The notes under the pieces were generated by a model. It saw only the letters and a list, made by a program, of their open reading frames with translations, did not search any database and was not told the DNA's origin. 64,000 bases of DNA from Acidimicrobiaceae bacterium (GTDB lineage: Bacteria; Actinomycetota; Acidimicrobiia; Acidimicrobiales; Ilumatobacteraceae): positions 170,228-234,227 of the forward strand of contig JACJWF010000004.1 in NCBI GenBank assembly GCA_020637295.1, given 5' to 3'. Below, piece by piece: positions 35,358-44,093 of the stretch (positions are counted from its first letter, which is position 1; every line of letters starts with the position of its first letter). The translations under genes were made by a program, and so were the position numbers.

Positions 35358-38357
35358 TCACCGTCGTCCGGCGTGCTCCAGTTCGACCAGCACGGTGCGG
35401 CCGCGTTGGTAGACGGCGTCGTCGTCCTGCCACGACGGCGAGAAGGCGCTGCGGTCCAGTTCGTCGGCCAGCCAGCGGGCGTCCTCGCCGGTCAGCACCT
35501 CGGCCAGGTCCCGGTTCGGTTCCGTCCCGCCCGCGCCGGCGCGGGTGGCGGCGACGGTGAAGCGGTCCTGGAGGACGCCCCAGCGGCCGCGGCGGCGGCG
35601 TCGCACCGCCGCCCGCCCGGACCGGCCGGCGACGATGACGACGAGCAGTCCGCCGCCCCCCAGCACCAGGTGCGGCGCATGGTCGGTGACGAACCCGGCG
35701 ACGGCGTCGAACAGTTCCCCACCCACGCTCACGTCGTCGGCCTCGCCGGGCAGCGGCACCGCGGCCGTCGGATCGAAGGCCACCCATCCGTCGTCGGGGA
35801 AGCGGACCTCCACCCACGCGTGGGCGTCGTGAGCACGGCTGATCCACACCCCGGCGATGTGGTCCCGCTCGCTGGGGACGTAGCCGGTGGCGATGCGTGC
35901 CGGCACGCCGAGGGAGCGCAGCAGCACGGCCATGGCCGACGCGATCTGCTCACAGAAACCCCGGCGCGACTCGAACAGGAACCAGTCCACTGCGTCGCCA
36001 CCTTCCGGGGGCAGCGATGCCTCCAAGTCGTAGGCGACGTGATCGGTCAGCCAGGCGTCGATCGCCTGGATCACCTCGTACGTGGACGTCGTCCCCTCGG
36101 CCAACTCCGCCGCCAGTTGGCGGGTGCGTTCGGTGGTGGTGCCGGGGAGTTGCACGTACTGCGCCGGTGCCCCCAGCGCGGCAAGGTCGCCCTGCGAGGC
36201 CAGCGAGTCTGGCGTCGCCGACGAGCGCACGGACAGCACCGTGTAGGCGCTGCCCGCAGGCAGCACCACCCCGGCGCGGAGGGCGCCGTCCAGGCGCTGC
36301 CAGACGGGCGCGTCGAGCAGCAGTCGGTAGGCGCGCGGTGCGGCGAAGATGATGTTCGGCAGGTCGACCTGCGGGTAGAAGGTCTGCAGGAGGGTCTCGC
36401 CGTCCGCCACGCCCAGCACATCACCCGATGCCCTTCCGAAGGCGTGGTCAGGTCCCTCGGTCCGCAGCCCGGCGTCCTCGTCCACGAACCAGGTCGTGCC
36501 GTCGAACGTGGTGAAGGTCTGCCCTCGCCAGAAGTCCGGCTGCGGGCTGCGGACGCGCAGCACCACCTCGTCGCCGAGGTTGCCGCGCAGCGACGTGTCC
36601 ATCCGGTTGCTGAAGCCGGGGTAACTCGCGGCCGCGCCGCCGGTGCGCTTGCCCGGCCCCTGCACCGCCCCGCCGAGCAGGGGCGACCCACCGGGGGTCG
36701 CCAGGCCGCCGTCGTCGAGCACCTCGCGCCGCTCGCTGAGGAAGCTCGGCAGCGTCAACTGGGCCGGGCCGTCCGGCACAGGGATGACCACGAGCCCGGC
36801 GACGGTCGAGATGGCCGCCAGCGCGGCCCCGGTGACCGGCGCCAGCCCGTGGCGCCAGCGAACGCCGCGGGACGGTGCGGCAGCCGAGCCCCGCGTCGCC
36901 GGCCGCCGGTCGGGCCGGCCGACGAGTTGTGACGCCACCGCCAGCAGGAGTATCGATGCCAGCAACCAGGCACCGAGCCGGTCGTCCACGCGGATGCCGC
37001 CGGCGTAGGCCACGAGCACCGCGGCGATGGCCAGCGTCACCCGCGCCGAACGGCGGTCGGTGCACTCGAAGCCCTGCATCACGAACAGCGCCAGCAGCAC
37101 CTGGGGCATCACGAAGCGCAGCACCGATGCCGGTGTGTCCACCGCGCTGACGTCGATGAGCGCGGCGCCGACACCGACGCCACAGGCCAGGCCCATGCTC
37201 TGGCGGAGTCCCTTGGCCACCGGGTGACGCATGGTGGTGAGGCCCGCGCCGGCAGCCAGGCCGGCCGCCACGACGGCGATGTGGAACGCCCCGTAGCCCA
37301 GTGGCTGGAGCACCATCACCGCCGGCGCCAGGCAGGCTGCTGCGATCGCCCACCGCGCTGTGCGGACGACGGAGGTGTCTGGCTCTGCGTGGGTCACCCC
37401 GACGGGCCGGCGCCACCACGGCACCGGCGGTGGCGTCGGGTCGGGTCCGTCGAAGACGGCCGCCCAGCGCAGCAGTGCCGTGGGGTCGGCGGCGTCGTGC
37501 GGCTCACCGATGCGGGTGCCGTCCACCTCGACGATCGACGCGCCGGCGCCCAGCGACCAGGCCGCCTCCACGGCGCTGCGGACGCGCGCCGCTTCGGCGG
37601 CAGCATCGCCGGTGCCGCGCCGGGCCTCCACGACGTGCCGCTCCACCGCGTTGGTCCGCTGCTGGCGGACGATCACCTCGCCCGCACGCCACGACGAGGG
37701 CCAGTGGATGGTGGCCGCCTCGTCACCGTCCCGCCACGGCCGCACACTGTCCAACTCGTCGTGCCCGCGCACCGGAGCGCCTGGTGCCACACCGGCGGCC
37801 TCGTCGGCGAGCGGCATCGTGTGCGCCGGCACGGCGGCTGCGGCCGGGGCCACCCACATCGGGTCGCAGCGGACGGTGAAGGACCGTCGCCACCAGAACA
37901 GGCCGATGCGGCCGGCACTCGCCACCGTCACCCGCACCTCGTCCCAACGGCCCCGGGCGGGGCCGGTGCCGGTGATCTCGCACCGCTCGCTGCGGCACCA
38001 TCCGGCGGCGACCCGCTCCGCCGTCGCAACCGCGCCGTCCGCGGGCCGGGCGACCCGGACCTCGACGTGCACGGGCCATCTCCCCGTCACCTCGACGACG
38101 GCGGTGAGCGGCTCCCCGGTGGTCGCCACGGCCGGCAGTTCCACGCCGACCACGCCGGCGCGGCGCAGCCGCAGCGGCGCAGCGACGAACCCGGCGGCCA
38201 TCGCCACCAGGCCGGCCATCAGCAGGATCACGACGCTGCTGGCGCCGGTGAGCAGCGCGATGGCTACGCCGACCACCCATGCCGCGGCGAACGCCCACGC
38301 GCCGCGGGCGGGCCCGGCGGGCCTCAGCGGCGCGGTGCGGGAACCCCGGCCAGGCAC
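35358..38357 (-). CDS. DUF58-domain protein fused in frame to a transglutaminase-like (TgpA-type) membrane protein
   Basis: The N-terminal ~300 aa carry the DUF58 signature DSVRPWRDGDEAATIHWPSSWRAGEVIV. Then come multiple TMs and a transglutaminase core GFCEQIASAMAVLLRSLGVPARIATGY...DAHAWVEV...WVAFDPT. There is no in-frame stop between the parts. The start is uncertain (38357 overlaps moxR by 34 nt; a GTG at 38276 is an alternative). Confidence 0.7.
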   Translation of the reverse strand: MPGRGSRTAPLRPAGPARGAWAFAAAWVVGVAIALLTGASSVVILLMAGLVAMAAGFVAAPLRLRRAGVVGVELPAVATTGEPLTAVVEVTGRWPVHVEVRVARPADGAVATAERVAAGWCRSERCEITGTGPARGRWDEVRVTVASAGRIGLFWWRRSFTVRCDPMWVAPAAAAVPAHTMPLADEAAGVAPGAPVRGHDELDSVRPWRDGDEAATIHWPSSWRAGEVIVRQQRTNAVERHVVEARRGTGDAAAEAARVRSAVEAAWSLGAGASIVEVDGTRIGEPHDAADPTALLRWAAVFDGPDPTPPPVPWWRRPVGVTHAEPDTSVVRTARWAIAAACLAPAVMVLQPLGYGAFHIAVVAAGLAAGAGLTTMRHPVAKGLRQSMGLACGVGVGAALIDVSAVDTPASVLRFVMPQVLLALFVMQGFECTDRRSARVTLAIAAVLVAYAGGIRVDDRLGAWLLASILLLAVASQLVGRPDRRPATRGSAAAPSRGVRWRHGLAPVTGAALAAISTVAGLVVIPVPDGPAQLTLPSFLSERREVLDDGGLATPGGSPLLGGAVQGPGKRTGGAAASYPGFSNRMDTSLRGNLGDEVVLRVRSPQPDFWRGQTFTTFDGTTWFVDEDAGLRTEGPDHAFGRASGDVLGVADGETLLQTFYPQVDLPNIIFAAPRAYRLLLDAPVWQRLDGALRAGVVLPAGSAYTVLSVRSSATPDSLASQGDLAALGAPAQYVQLPGTTTERTRQLAAELAEGTTSTYEVIQAIDAWLTDHVAYDLEASLPPEGGDAVDWFLFESRRGFCEQIASAMAVLLRSLGVPARIATGYVPSERDHIAGVWISRAHDAHAWVEVRFPDDGWVAFDPTAAVPLPGEADDVSVGGELFDAVAGFVTDHAPHLVLGGGGLLVVIVAGRSGRAAVRRRRRGRWGVLQDRFTVAATRAGAGGTEPNRDLAEVLTGEDARWLADELDRSAFSPSWQDDDAVYQRGRTVLVELEHAGRR

Positions 38358-39283
38358 TCGTCGACCACCTCTGCCGCGGCCTCGCCCGCCGCGGTGACGA
38401 TCCGGTGGGCCAGCGTCGCCCGGGATGCCCGGGCAATGTCGTGCGGGGCCACGTAGTCGCGCCCGTCGAGGGTGGCGAACGCCCGCGCCATCGCGACGGT
38501 GGCCACGCCGGCCCGAGTGGACGCGCCCAACCGCACCCGCGGGTGGCTGCGGGTGGCCCGCAGCACGTCCACCGCGTAGCGGGCGACGGTGTCGTCCAGA
38601 TGCACGGTCCGGACCGCGCTCCGGGCGGCCAGCATCGCCGCTGGATCGACCACGGCGGCCAGGCTGTCCAGCCGGGTGCGGCCGCGCCGACCGGCCAGCA
38701 CCTCCAGTTCCTCCTCGGCGCCGGCCCGGCCCAGCGACACGGCTGCCATGAAGCGGTCCGTCACGCCCTCGGCCAGTGGGTAGGTGCCGGCCATCTGCAC
38801 GGGGTTCTGGGTGGCGACCACGAAGAACGGCTCGGGCACCCGGTGCGCCACCCCGTCCACCGTCACGGTGCCCTCCTCCATCACTTCCAGCAGCGCGGAC
38901 TGGGTGCGGGCGTTGGCCCGGTTGAGCTCGTCGAACAGCACGACGTGGGCGAACACCGGGCCGGGGCGGAAGCGCAGGCCGAAGCCGTCACCGTCCGGTG
39001 CCAGCGTGCCGGTGACGTCGCCCGGCAGCAGGTCGGCCGTGCCCTGGACACGGCGGAACGCGCCGCCGGACGCGGCGGCCAGCGACTGGGCCAGCAGTGT
39101 CTTGCCGACGCCCGGCACGTCCTCCACCAGCAGGTGGCCGCCGGCCAGCACACAGGCCACCGCGACCTCGATCTGATCGTGGCGCCCGGCCAGCACACCA
39201 CCCACGGCGCGCCCCAGTGCCACCCCCACCCGGTGTCCGTGGGCGAGCGCGGTGGGACTCTCGCTGGTGACTGCGGGCGTCAT
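38324..39283 (-). CDS. moxR: MoxR-family AAA+ ATPase
   Basis: Walker A VPGVGKT, Walker B LFDELNRA, NPVQMAGTYPLAEGVTDRF. Start taken at MTPAV (39283); the track start is 39304. Confidence 0.9.
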   Translation of the reverse strand: MTPAVTSESPTALAHGHRVGVALGRAVGGVLAGRHDQIEVAVACVLAGGHLLVEDVPGVGKTLLAQSLAAASGGAFRRVQGTADLLPGDVTGTLAPDGDGFGLRFRPGPVFAHVVLFDELNRANARTQSALLEVMEEGTVTVDGVAHRVPEPFFVVATQNPVQMAGTYPLAEGVTDRFMAAVSLGRAGAEEELEVLAGRRGRTRLDSLAAVVDPAAMLAARSAVRTVHLDDTVARYAVDVLRATRSHPRVRLGASTRAGVATVAMARAFATLDGRDYVAPHDIARASRATLAHRIVTAAGEAAAEVVDECLAGVPAPRR

Positions 39284-39343
39284 ACGAGTGTGTGATCGGC
39301 ACACGAAGCGGCCGACTTGACCATTCCGAGCGACGCCGACCCG

Positions 39344-40183
39344 TCAGGTGAGCGGCTGGAAGGAGGTCAGGTCGGCCGTGTAGGTCTCGGTGTAGTACAC
39401 GTCACCGATCACGCCGGAGTCGGTGTTGGAGGTCTTCTCCGTGGTCATCCGCACCGGCAACCCGCTGGGGGCCAGCCACCAGTCCGTCGTGGTGCGCTCG
39501 AAGTGGGCGTCGCCGCTGTCCACCACCATCCGCACGTGCACCGTGGCCACGGCGATGCCGTCCACCGTCAGGGTCTCGCGGGCGACGGCGGTCCATGTGG
39601 GGTCCCACGGCTCGCCGTCGAGCAGGCAGGTCACCGCCTGCTCCGGCGGCAGGGTGTCCGTCGTGGGGACCAGGAGCACCGTGGCGGTGCACGCCAGCTT
39701 CTCCAGCCGGCCGTTGGAATAGAACTCGTGGTAGTGAGCGCCCGCGGTCTGCAGCTCCACGCCGGCGTCGGTGACGCACAGACGCCACTCGTCGCGCCGT
39801 TGCTCCAGCAGGTCCCACCGCAGCAGCACGCCACAGCCGTCATGGGTAACGGTCAGCAGCGTCTCCGCCGGATAGTCGTGAGTGGCGCCGCCGAGGATGT
39901 CCACGGACTCGCTGCCGGTGGTGGCGTAGCGGTACACGCCGGTCGCCGGCAGCTGGCGCAGCGGCTGCGGCTCGGTGACCATCACGGTGGTCGGCGCTGC
40001 GGTGGTGGTGGGTGCCGCCGAGGTGGTGGTGTCGTGGAAGCGATCGAGCGCTTCGTCCGCCTCCACCCGGGTGGCGCGGTCCTGCGGCCACAGCGCCCTC
40101 ACCAGCAGCCCGCCCGCGAGGACGACCGCTGCGATCGCGACGAACACCCACGTCCGCCGGCGGCGTCCCCCTCGCTCGGCCAC
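39344..40183 (-). CDS. Membrane-anchored exported hypothetical protein
   Basis: Arg-rich N-terminus plus one TM, a Thr/Pro linker, then a globular domain of about 200 aa with balanced composition (W, Y, C, H). No family recognised. Confidence 0.5.
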   Translation of the reverse strand: MAERGGRRRRTWVFVAIAAVVLAGGLLVRALWPQDRATRVEADEALDRFHDTTTSAAPTTTAAPTTVMVTEPQPLRQLPATGVYRYATTGSESVDILGGATHDYPAETLLTVTHDGCGVLLRWDLLEQRRDEWRLCVTDAGVELQTAGAHYHEFYSNGRLEKLACTATVLLVPTTDTLPPEQAVTCLLDGEPWDPTWTAVARETLTVDGIAVATVHVRMVVDSGDAHFERTTTDWWLAPSGLPVRMTTEKTSNTDSGVIGDVYYTETYTADLTSFQPLT

Positions 40184-40192
40184 GACTGGAGC

Positions 40193-40702
40193 CTACCCGT
40201 GGCGGCGGAGCGCCATTCCGTAGGCCTGCGCGGCCTGCTCGTTGAACGCCACGAAGGTGACCTCGCGCACCTGCGTGCGCGAGGCGCTCACGGTGGTGAC
40301 CGCCACCTCGGTGGCCAGCTCCATCGGGTAGCCGTAGATGCCGGCGGAGATGGCGGGGAACGCCACCGTCGCCGCGCCCAACTCGTCGGCCACCGCCAGC
40401 GAGTTGTGGTAGCACGCGGCCAGCAGCGCCGGCTCGCCGTGGTCGCCGCCGCGCCACACCGGGCCGACGGTGTGGATGACCCAGCGGGCGGGCAACCGGA
40501 AGCCGGGAGTCCCCTTGGCCTGGCCCACGGGGCAGCCGTGCAGCAGGCGGCAGGCGGCCAGCAGCTCCGGGCCGGCGGCGCGATGGATGGCGCCGTCCAC
40601 CCCGCCGCCCCCGAGCAGCGAGGTGTTGGCCGCGTTGACGATGGCGTCGACCGCCAGCGTGGTGATGTCCGCGGTGATGACGGTGAGCTGCGGCGTCACC
40701 AT
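40193..40702 (-). CDS. Macro-domain protein (O-acetyl-ADP-ribose deacetylase/YmdB-like)
   Basis: [26 protein letters not shown]...[13 protein letters not shown], 169 aa. Confidence 0.9.
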   Translation of the reverse strand: MVTPQLTVITADITTLAVDAIVNAANTSLLGGGGVDGAIHRAAGPELLAACRLLHGCPVGQAKGTPGFRLPARWVIHTVGPVWRGGDHGEPALLAACYHNSLAVADELGAATVAFPAISAGIYGYPMELATEVAVTTVSASRTQVREVTFVAFNEQAAQAYGMALRRHG

Positions 40703-40710
40703 CTGCCGGC

Positions 40711-41094
40711 TCACATCATCCGCTGGCGGATCGGCTCGATCCGGTAGAGCACGCGGGTGTCCGTGGGGCCGAACGTGTACGGCCCGCCCACGTACTTGCC
40801 GGCCAGCTTGTTGATGTGGTCGGCGGCCTCCTGGCCGGCGACGGAGCCGACGACCCGGCCGCGCACCTCCGCGTAGCGGTACGGGTTCTCGGCGTCCCAG
40901 ATGGCCACGGTGACCCGCGGGTCGGCGTCCATCGCCTTGGCCTTGGCGCGATCGATGTCGGTGTTGATGAGGATGTGCTGGTCGTCGGCGTCGACCCACA
41001 TCACGTGCGTCATCGGATGGCCGCCGGCCGGGATGACGGTGAGTGCGGCGAAGTTCTTGGCCTGGGCGAGGTCGCGGATCTGGGGATCGAGCAT
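40711..41094 (-). CDS. Pyridoxamine 5'-phosphate oxidase-fold (PPOX / F420-binding class) protein
   Basis: [45 protein letters not shown]...[14 protein letters not shown], 127 aa. Confidence 0.7.
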   Translation of the reverse strand: MLDPQIRDLAQAKNFAALTVIPAGGHPMTHVMWVDADDQHILINTDIDRAKAKAMDADPRVTVAIWDAENPYRYAEVRGRVVGSVAGQEAADHINKLAGKYVGGPYTFGPTDTRVLYRIEPIRQRMM

Positions 41095-41163
41095 GTCCCG
41101 ATGGTACCGAGGGCGTCCCTGGCCGGGGGAGGGCCGTTGGTCCGATCGGCCAGACTGGGGTGC

Positions 41164-41538
41164 ATGCGGATCACCGAACTCGACCACATCGTCCTGCGCG
41201 TCGCCGACATGGAGCAGTCGGTGGCCTGGTACTGCGACCTGCTCGGCCTGGAGGCCGTGCGGCTGGAGGAGTGGCGGCGCGGCGAGGCCCCGTTCGTGTC
41301 CGTGCGCGTCACCGCGGACACGATCATCGACCTCCAGGCCGGCGAGATCACCGGCACCAACGTCGATCACTTCGCGCTGGTGGTGGAGGACGTGGATCTC
41401 GCCGAACTGGCCGCAAGCGGTCGCTTCGGCGATGTGCGGCCGCCACGGGACCTGTTCGGCGCCCGCGGGGTGGGCCAGGGCATCTATGTGCGTGACCCGG
41501 ACGGCCACGGGGTGGAGTTGCGGACCTACCCGGCCTGA
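41164..41538 (+). CDS. VOC/glyoxalase-family protein
   Basis: [28 protein letters not shown]...DHFALVV...[13 protein letters not shown], 124 aa. Confidence 0.85.
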   Translation: MRITELDHIVLRVADMEQSVAWYCDLLGLEAVRLEEWRRGEAPFVSVRVTADTIIDLQAGEITGTNVDHFALVVEDVDLAELAASGRFGDVRPPRDLFGARGVGQGIYVRDPDGHGVELRTYPA

Positions 41539-42023
41539 GCCCGGGCCCCGCCGGCCGACGCCGCTGCGGCGCGGATGGCCGTGACAGTCTCCACCGCGGC
41601 CAGCGCGGCCTCGGCGCCCTTGTTGCCGGCCTTGCCGCCCGCCCGGTCGAGCGCCTGCTCCATCGTGTCCACCGTGATGATCCCGTTGGTCACGACCACG
41701 CCGGTGTCGTGGGCCACCCGGGCCAGCCCGGCGGCGCTGTGGTTGGCGATCACCTCGAAGTGGTAGGTGGCGCCGCGCAGGACGGCCCCGATGCCGACGA
41801 TCGCGTCGTAGCGGCCGGTCGTCGCCAGTGCGGCGGCGGCGAGGGGGATCTCCCACGCGCCGGGGACCCACACGGTGTCGACGTCCCCCTCCGCCGCGCC
41901 GTGGCGGAGGAGCGCGTTGCGGGCGCCGTCGGCCAGGCGGTCGACGACGAGGTCGTTGAAGCGGCTGCAGACGAGCGCGATGTGCAGCCCTGCTGCGTCG
42001 GAGGTGCCGTGGACGGTGGTCAT
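41526..42023 (-). CDS. ribH: 6,7-dimethyl-8-ribityllumazine synthase
   Basis: [16 protein letters not shown]...[13 protein letters not shown]...[16 protein letters not shown], 165 aa. Confidence 0.9.
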   Translation of the reverse strand: MTTVHGTSDAAGLHIALVCSRFNDLVVDRLADGARNALLRHGAAEGDVDTVWVPGAWEIPLAAAALATTGRYDAIVGIGAVLRGATYHFEVIANHSAAGLARVAHDTGVVVTNGIITVDTMEQALDRAGGKAGNKGAEAALAAVETVTAIRAAAASAGGARAQAG

Positions 42024-42679
42024 TCGAAGGCTCCGTGGAGGATCAGGCCGGCGAGGACGAGGTCCTCCGTGCGGCGGTGGGCGATGAGGTCGGCGATGGA
42101 CACGAGGGGCAGGCGGTGGGTGTCGGCGAAGCGGCGCAGGTCCGGCAGGCGGGCCATCCGGCCGTCGTCGAGCACGACCTCGCTGAGCACGCCGGCGGGG
42201 AGGCGCCCGGCGAGGCGGGCCAGGTCGACGGCCGCTTCGGTGTGGCCCGGGCGCTCGAGCACCCCGCCGGGGCGGGCGCGCAACGGGAAGATGTGGCCCG
42301 GTCGGGTGAAGTCGCCCGCTCGGCTCCAGGGATGGGCCAGCACCCGGAGGGTGGCGGCCCTGTCCTCGGCCGAGATGCCGGTGGTCACCCCGTGAGCGAG
42401 GTCGACGGTGACGGTGAAGGCGGTGCGGAACGGGTCCTCGTTCGCCGCCGGTGGGACCATCAGCGGCAGGTCCAGTTCGTCGCAGCGGCGAGGAGGGAGG
42501 GCTGCGCAGATCACGCCGGACGTGTGGCGGACGAAGAAGGCGATGGCCTCCGGCGTCGCCGCGTCGGCGGCCATGATGAGGTCACCCTCGTTCTCCCGGT
42601 CCTCGTCGTCGGCCACCACGACGATGCCGCCGGCGGCGATCGCGGCGATCGCCTGCTCGATGGGATCGAAGCTGCTCAC
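42020..42679 (-). CDS. ribB: 3,4-dihydroxy-2-butanone-4-phosphate synthase, stand-alone with no GTP cyclohydrolase II domain
   Basis: GTG start in a GTGA overlap with rib[16 protein letters not shown]...[16 protein letters not shown]. Ends after 219 aa in an ATGA overlap with ribH. Confidence 0.85.
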   Translation of the reverse strand: MSSFDPIEQAIAAIAAGGIVVVADDEDRENEGDLIMAADAATPEAIAFFVRHTSGVICAALPPRRCDELDLPLMVPPAANEDPFRTAFTVTVDLAHGVTTGISAEDRAATLRVLAHPWSRAGDFTRPGHIFPLRARPGGVLERPGHTEAAVDLARLAGRLPAGVLSEVVLDDGRMARLPDLRRFADTHRLPLVSIADLIAHRRTEDLVLAGLILHGAFE

Positions 42680-43284
42680 GACGCACCCCCGGCGAGCAGG
42701 CGCTCCACGTACTTGGCCATCACGTCGACCTCGATGTTGACGGGGTCGCCGGGGCACTTCGTCCCGAGTGTGGTGACGGCCGCCGTGTGGGGGATGATCG
42801 CCACGGTGAAGCCGTCGTCGAGCGGTTGCACGACGGTGAGGCTGACCCCGTCCACGGTGACCGAGCCCTTCTCCACCACGTAGCGCAGCAGGTGTGCGGG
42901 GATGCGCACCTGGAGGTCGGGTACCGGTGCCACCACCTCGCCCACCCCGTCCACGTGGCCCTGCACGAGATGGCCACCCAGACGGTCGGCCATCCGCACG
43001 GAGCGCTCCAGGTTCAGCGGCGCGCCCACCGCCAGCGAGCCGAGGCTGGTGCGCCGCAGGGTCTCCTCGCTCACGTCCGCCTCCCACCATGCCGGGGCCG
43101 GCGCCGGGTCCACCGCGACGGCCGTGAGGCAGCAGCCGTTGACGGCGATGGAGTCGCCGAGGTGGACGTCCTCCAGCACCGTCCGCGCCGTGATGCGCAG
43201 GCGCACCGTGCCGGACGCGCCCGCGCCGGAGTTGGGTTCGAGGGCTGCGAGCGAGCCCAGTTCTTCGACGATGCCGGTGAACAT
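42676..43284 (-). CDS. ribE: Riboflavin synthase
   Basis: [10 protein letters not shown]...[10 protein letters not shown]...[10 protein letters not shown]...[11 protein letters not shown], 202 aa. Confidence 0.9.
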   Translation of the reverse strand: MFTGIVEELGSLAALEPNSGAGASGTVRLRITARTVLEDVHLGDSIAVNGCCLTAVAVDPAPAPAWWEADVSEETLRRTSLGSLAVGAPLNLERSVRMADRLGGHLVQGHVDGVGEVVAPVPDLQVRIPAHLLRYVVEKGSVTVDGVSLTVVQPLDDGFTVAIIPHTAAVTTLGTKCPGDPVNIEVDVMAKYVERLLAGGAS

Positions 43285-43451
43285 GCGTGCCGTCCGTTCC
43301 TGGTCGGGCGGGGGCGACGGGGGAATGGCAACGCCGGCGGGGCCACGGCGGGAACGCCCCGGCGGCACCACCGGCGAGCGACGAACAACGGGCTCGTCGC
43401 GGGCATGGTGGCGCAACGCGACGAGGCGCGACCCGGCGGCCACGCGACGCA

Positions 43452-43589
43452 CCCTGCTCCCATCCGGACTGTCACCGTCGGCCCCGGAGTTCCACCGGAT
43501 CGGCCCCACGCGCCGTGCCCCGCAGGGCCGTGTGCGCAGGGTTCGCGGGCTGTCACCGCCGGTCGGGAATTTCACCCAACCCCGCAGGG
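43452..43589 (-). promoter_or_regulatory. FMN riboswitch (RFN element) in the ribE leader
   Basis: The minus strand reads CCCTGCGGGGTTGGGTGAAATTCCCGACCGGCGGTGACAGCCCGCGAACC...GATCCGGTGGAACTCCGGGGCCGACGGTGACAGTCCGGATGGGAGCAGGG. P1 is CCCTGC/GCAGGG. The conserved RFN blocks are present, about 165 nt upstream of the ribE ATG. Confidence 0.9.
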
Positions 43590-43624
43590 GGATTCAGTTG
43601 TCGGCCGCGACGCTACCGGTGCGG

Positions 43625-44083
43625 TCAGCGCTTCGCCGAACCGGCGGCGACGATGGCGGCGAACTCGCCGTCGGTGAGCGGCATGACGGACAGCCGGTTG
43701 CCCCTGGCGAGCAGGCGGCACTCGGCGAGCTGCGGCATGGTGCGCAACTCGTCGAGCGGGATGAAGCGCAGCCGCTTCACCGGTGCGACGGTGACCCAGT
43801 CCCACCGTGGGTCGGTGGGATTCGACGCCGGGTCGAAGTACTTGGATGCGGGGTCGAACTGGGTGGGGTCGGGCTCCGCCTCGCCGACGATCTTGGCGAT
43901 GCCGGCCACCCCGGGCGGCGTGGCGTTGGAGTGGTAGAAGACCGCCTGGTCGCCCTTGCGCATCTCCCGCAGGAAGTTGCGGGCCTGGTAGTTGCGGATG
44001 CCGTCCCAGCCCTCGCGCTTCACCCGCACCAGGTCGTCGTAGCCGAACACGTCCGGCTCGCTCTTCATCAACCAGTAGGCCAT
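43625..44083 (-). CDS. EVE (PUA-like) domain protein
   Basis: MAYWLMKSEPDVFGYDDL...WDGIRNYQARNFLREMRKGDQAVFYHS...VAGIAKIV, 152 aa. Confidence 0.85.
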   Translation of the reverse strand: MAYWLMKSEPDVFGYDDLVRVKREGWDGIRNYQARNFLREMRKGDQAVFYHSNATPPGVAGIAKIVGEAEPDPTQFDPASKYFDPASNPTDPRWDWVTVAPVKRLRFIPLDELRTMPQLAECRLLARGNRLSVMPLTDGEFAAIVAAGSAKR

Positions 44084-44093
44084 GCCGCCGACG

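Noticed and set aside
42020-42679. ribB as a truncated or pseudogenised ribBA
   Set aside because: The ORF ends cleanly in an ATGA overlap with ribH, and no sequence remains between them that could encode GTP cyclohydrolase II remnants. It looks like a genuine stand-alone ribB.
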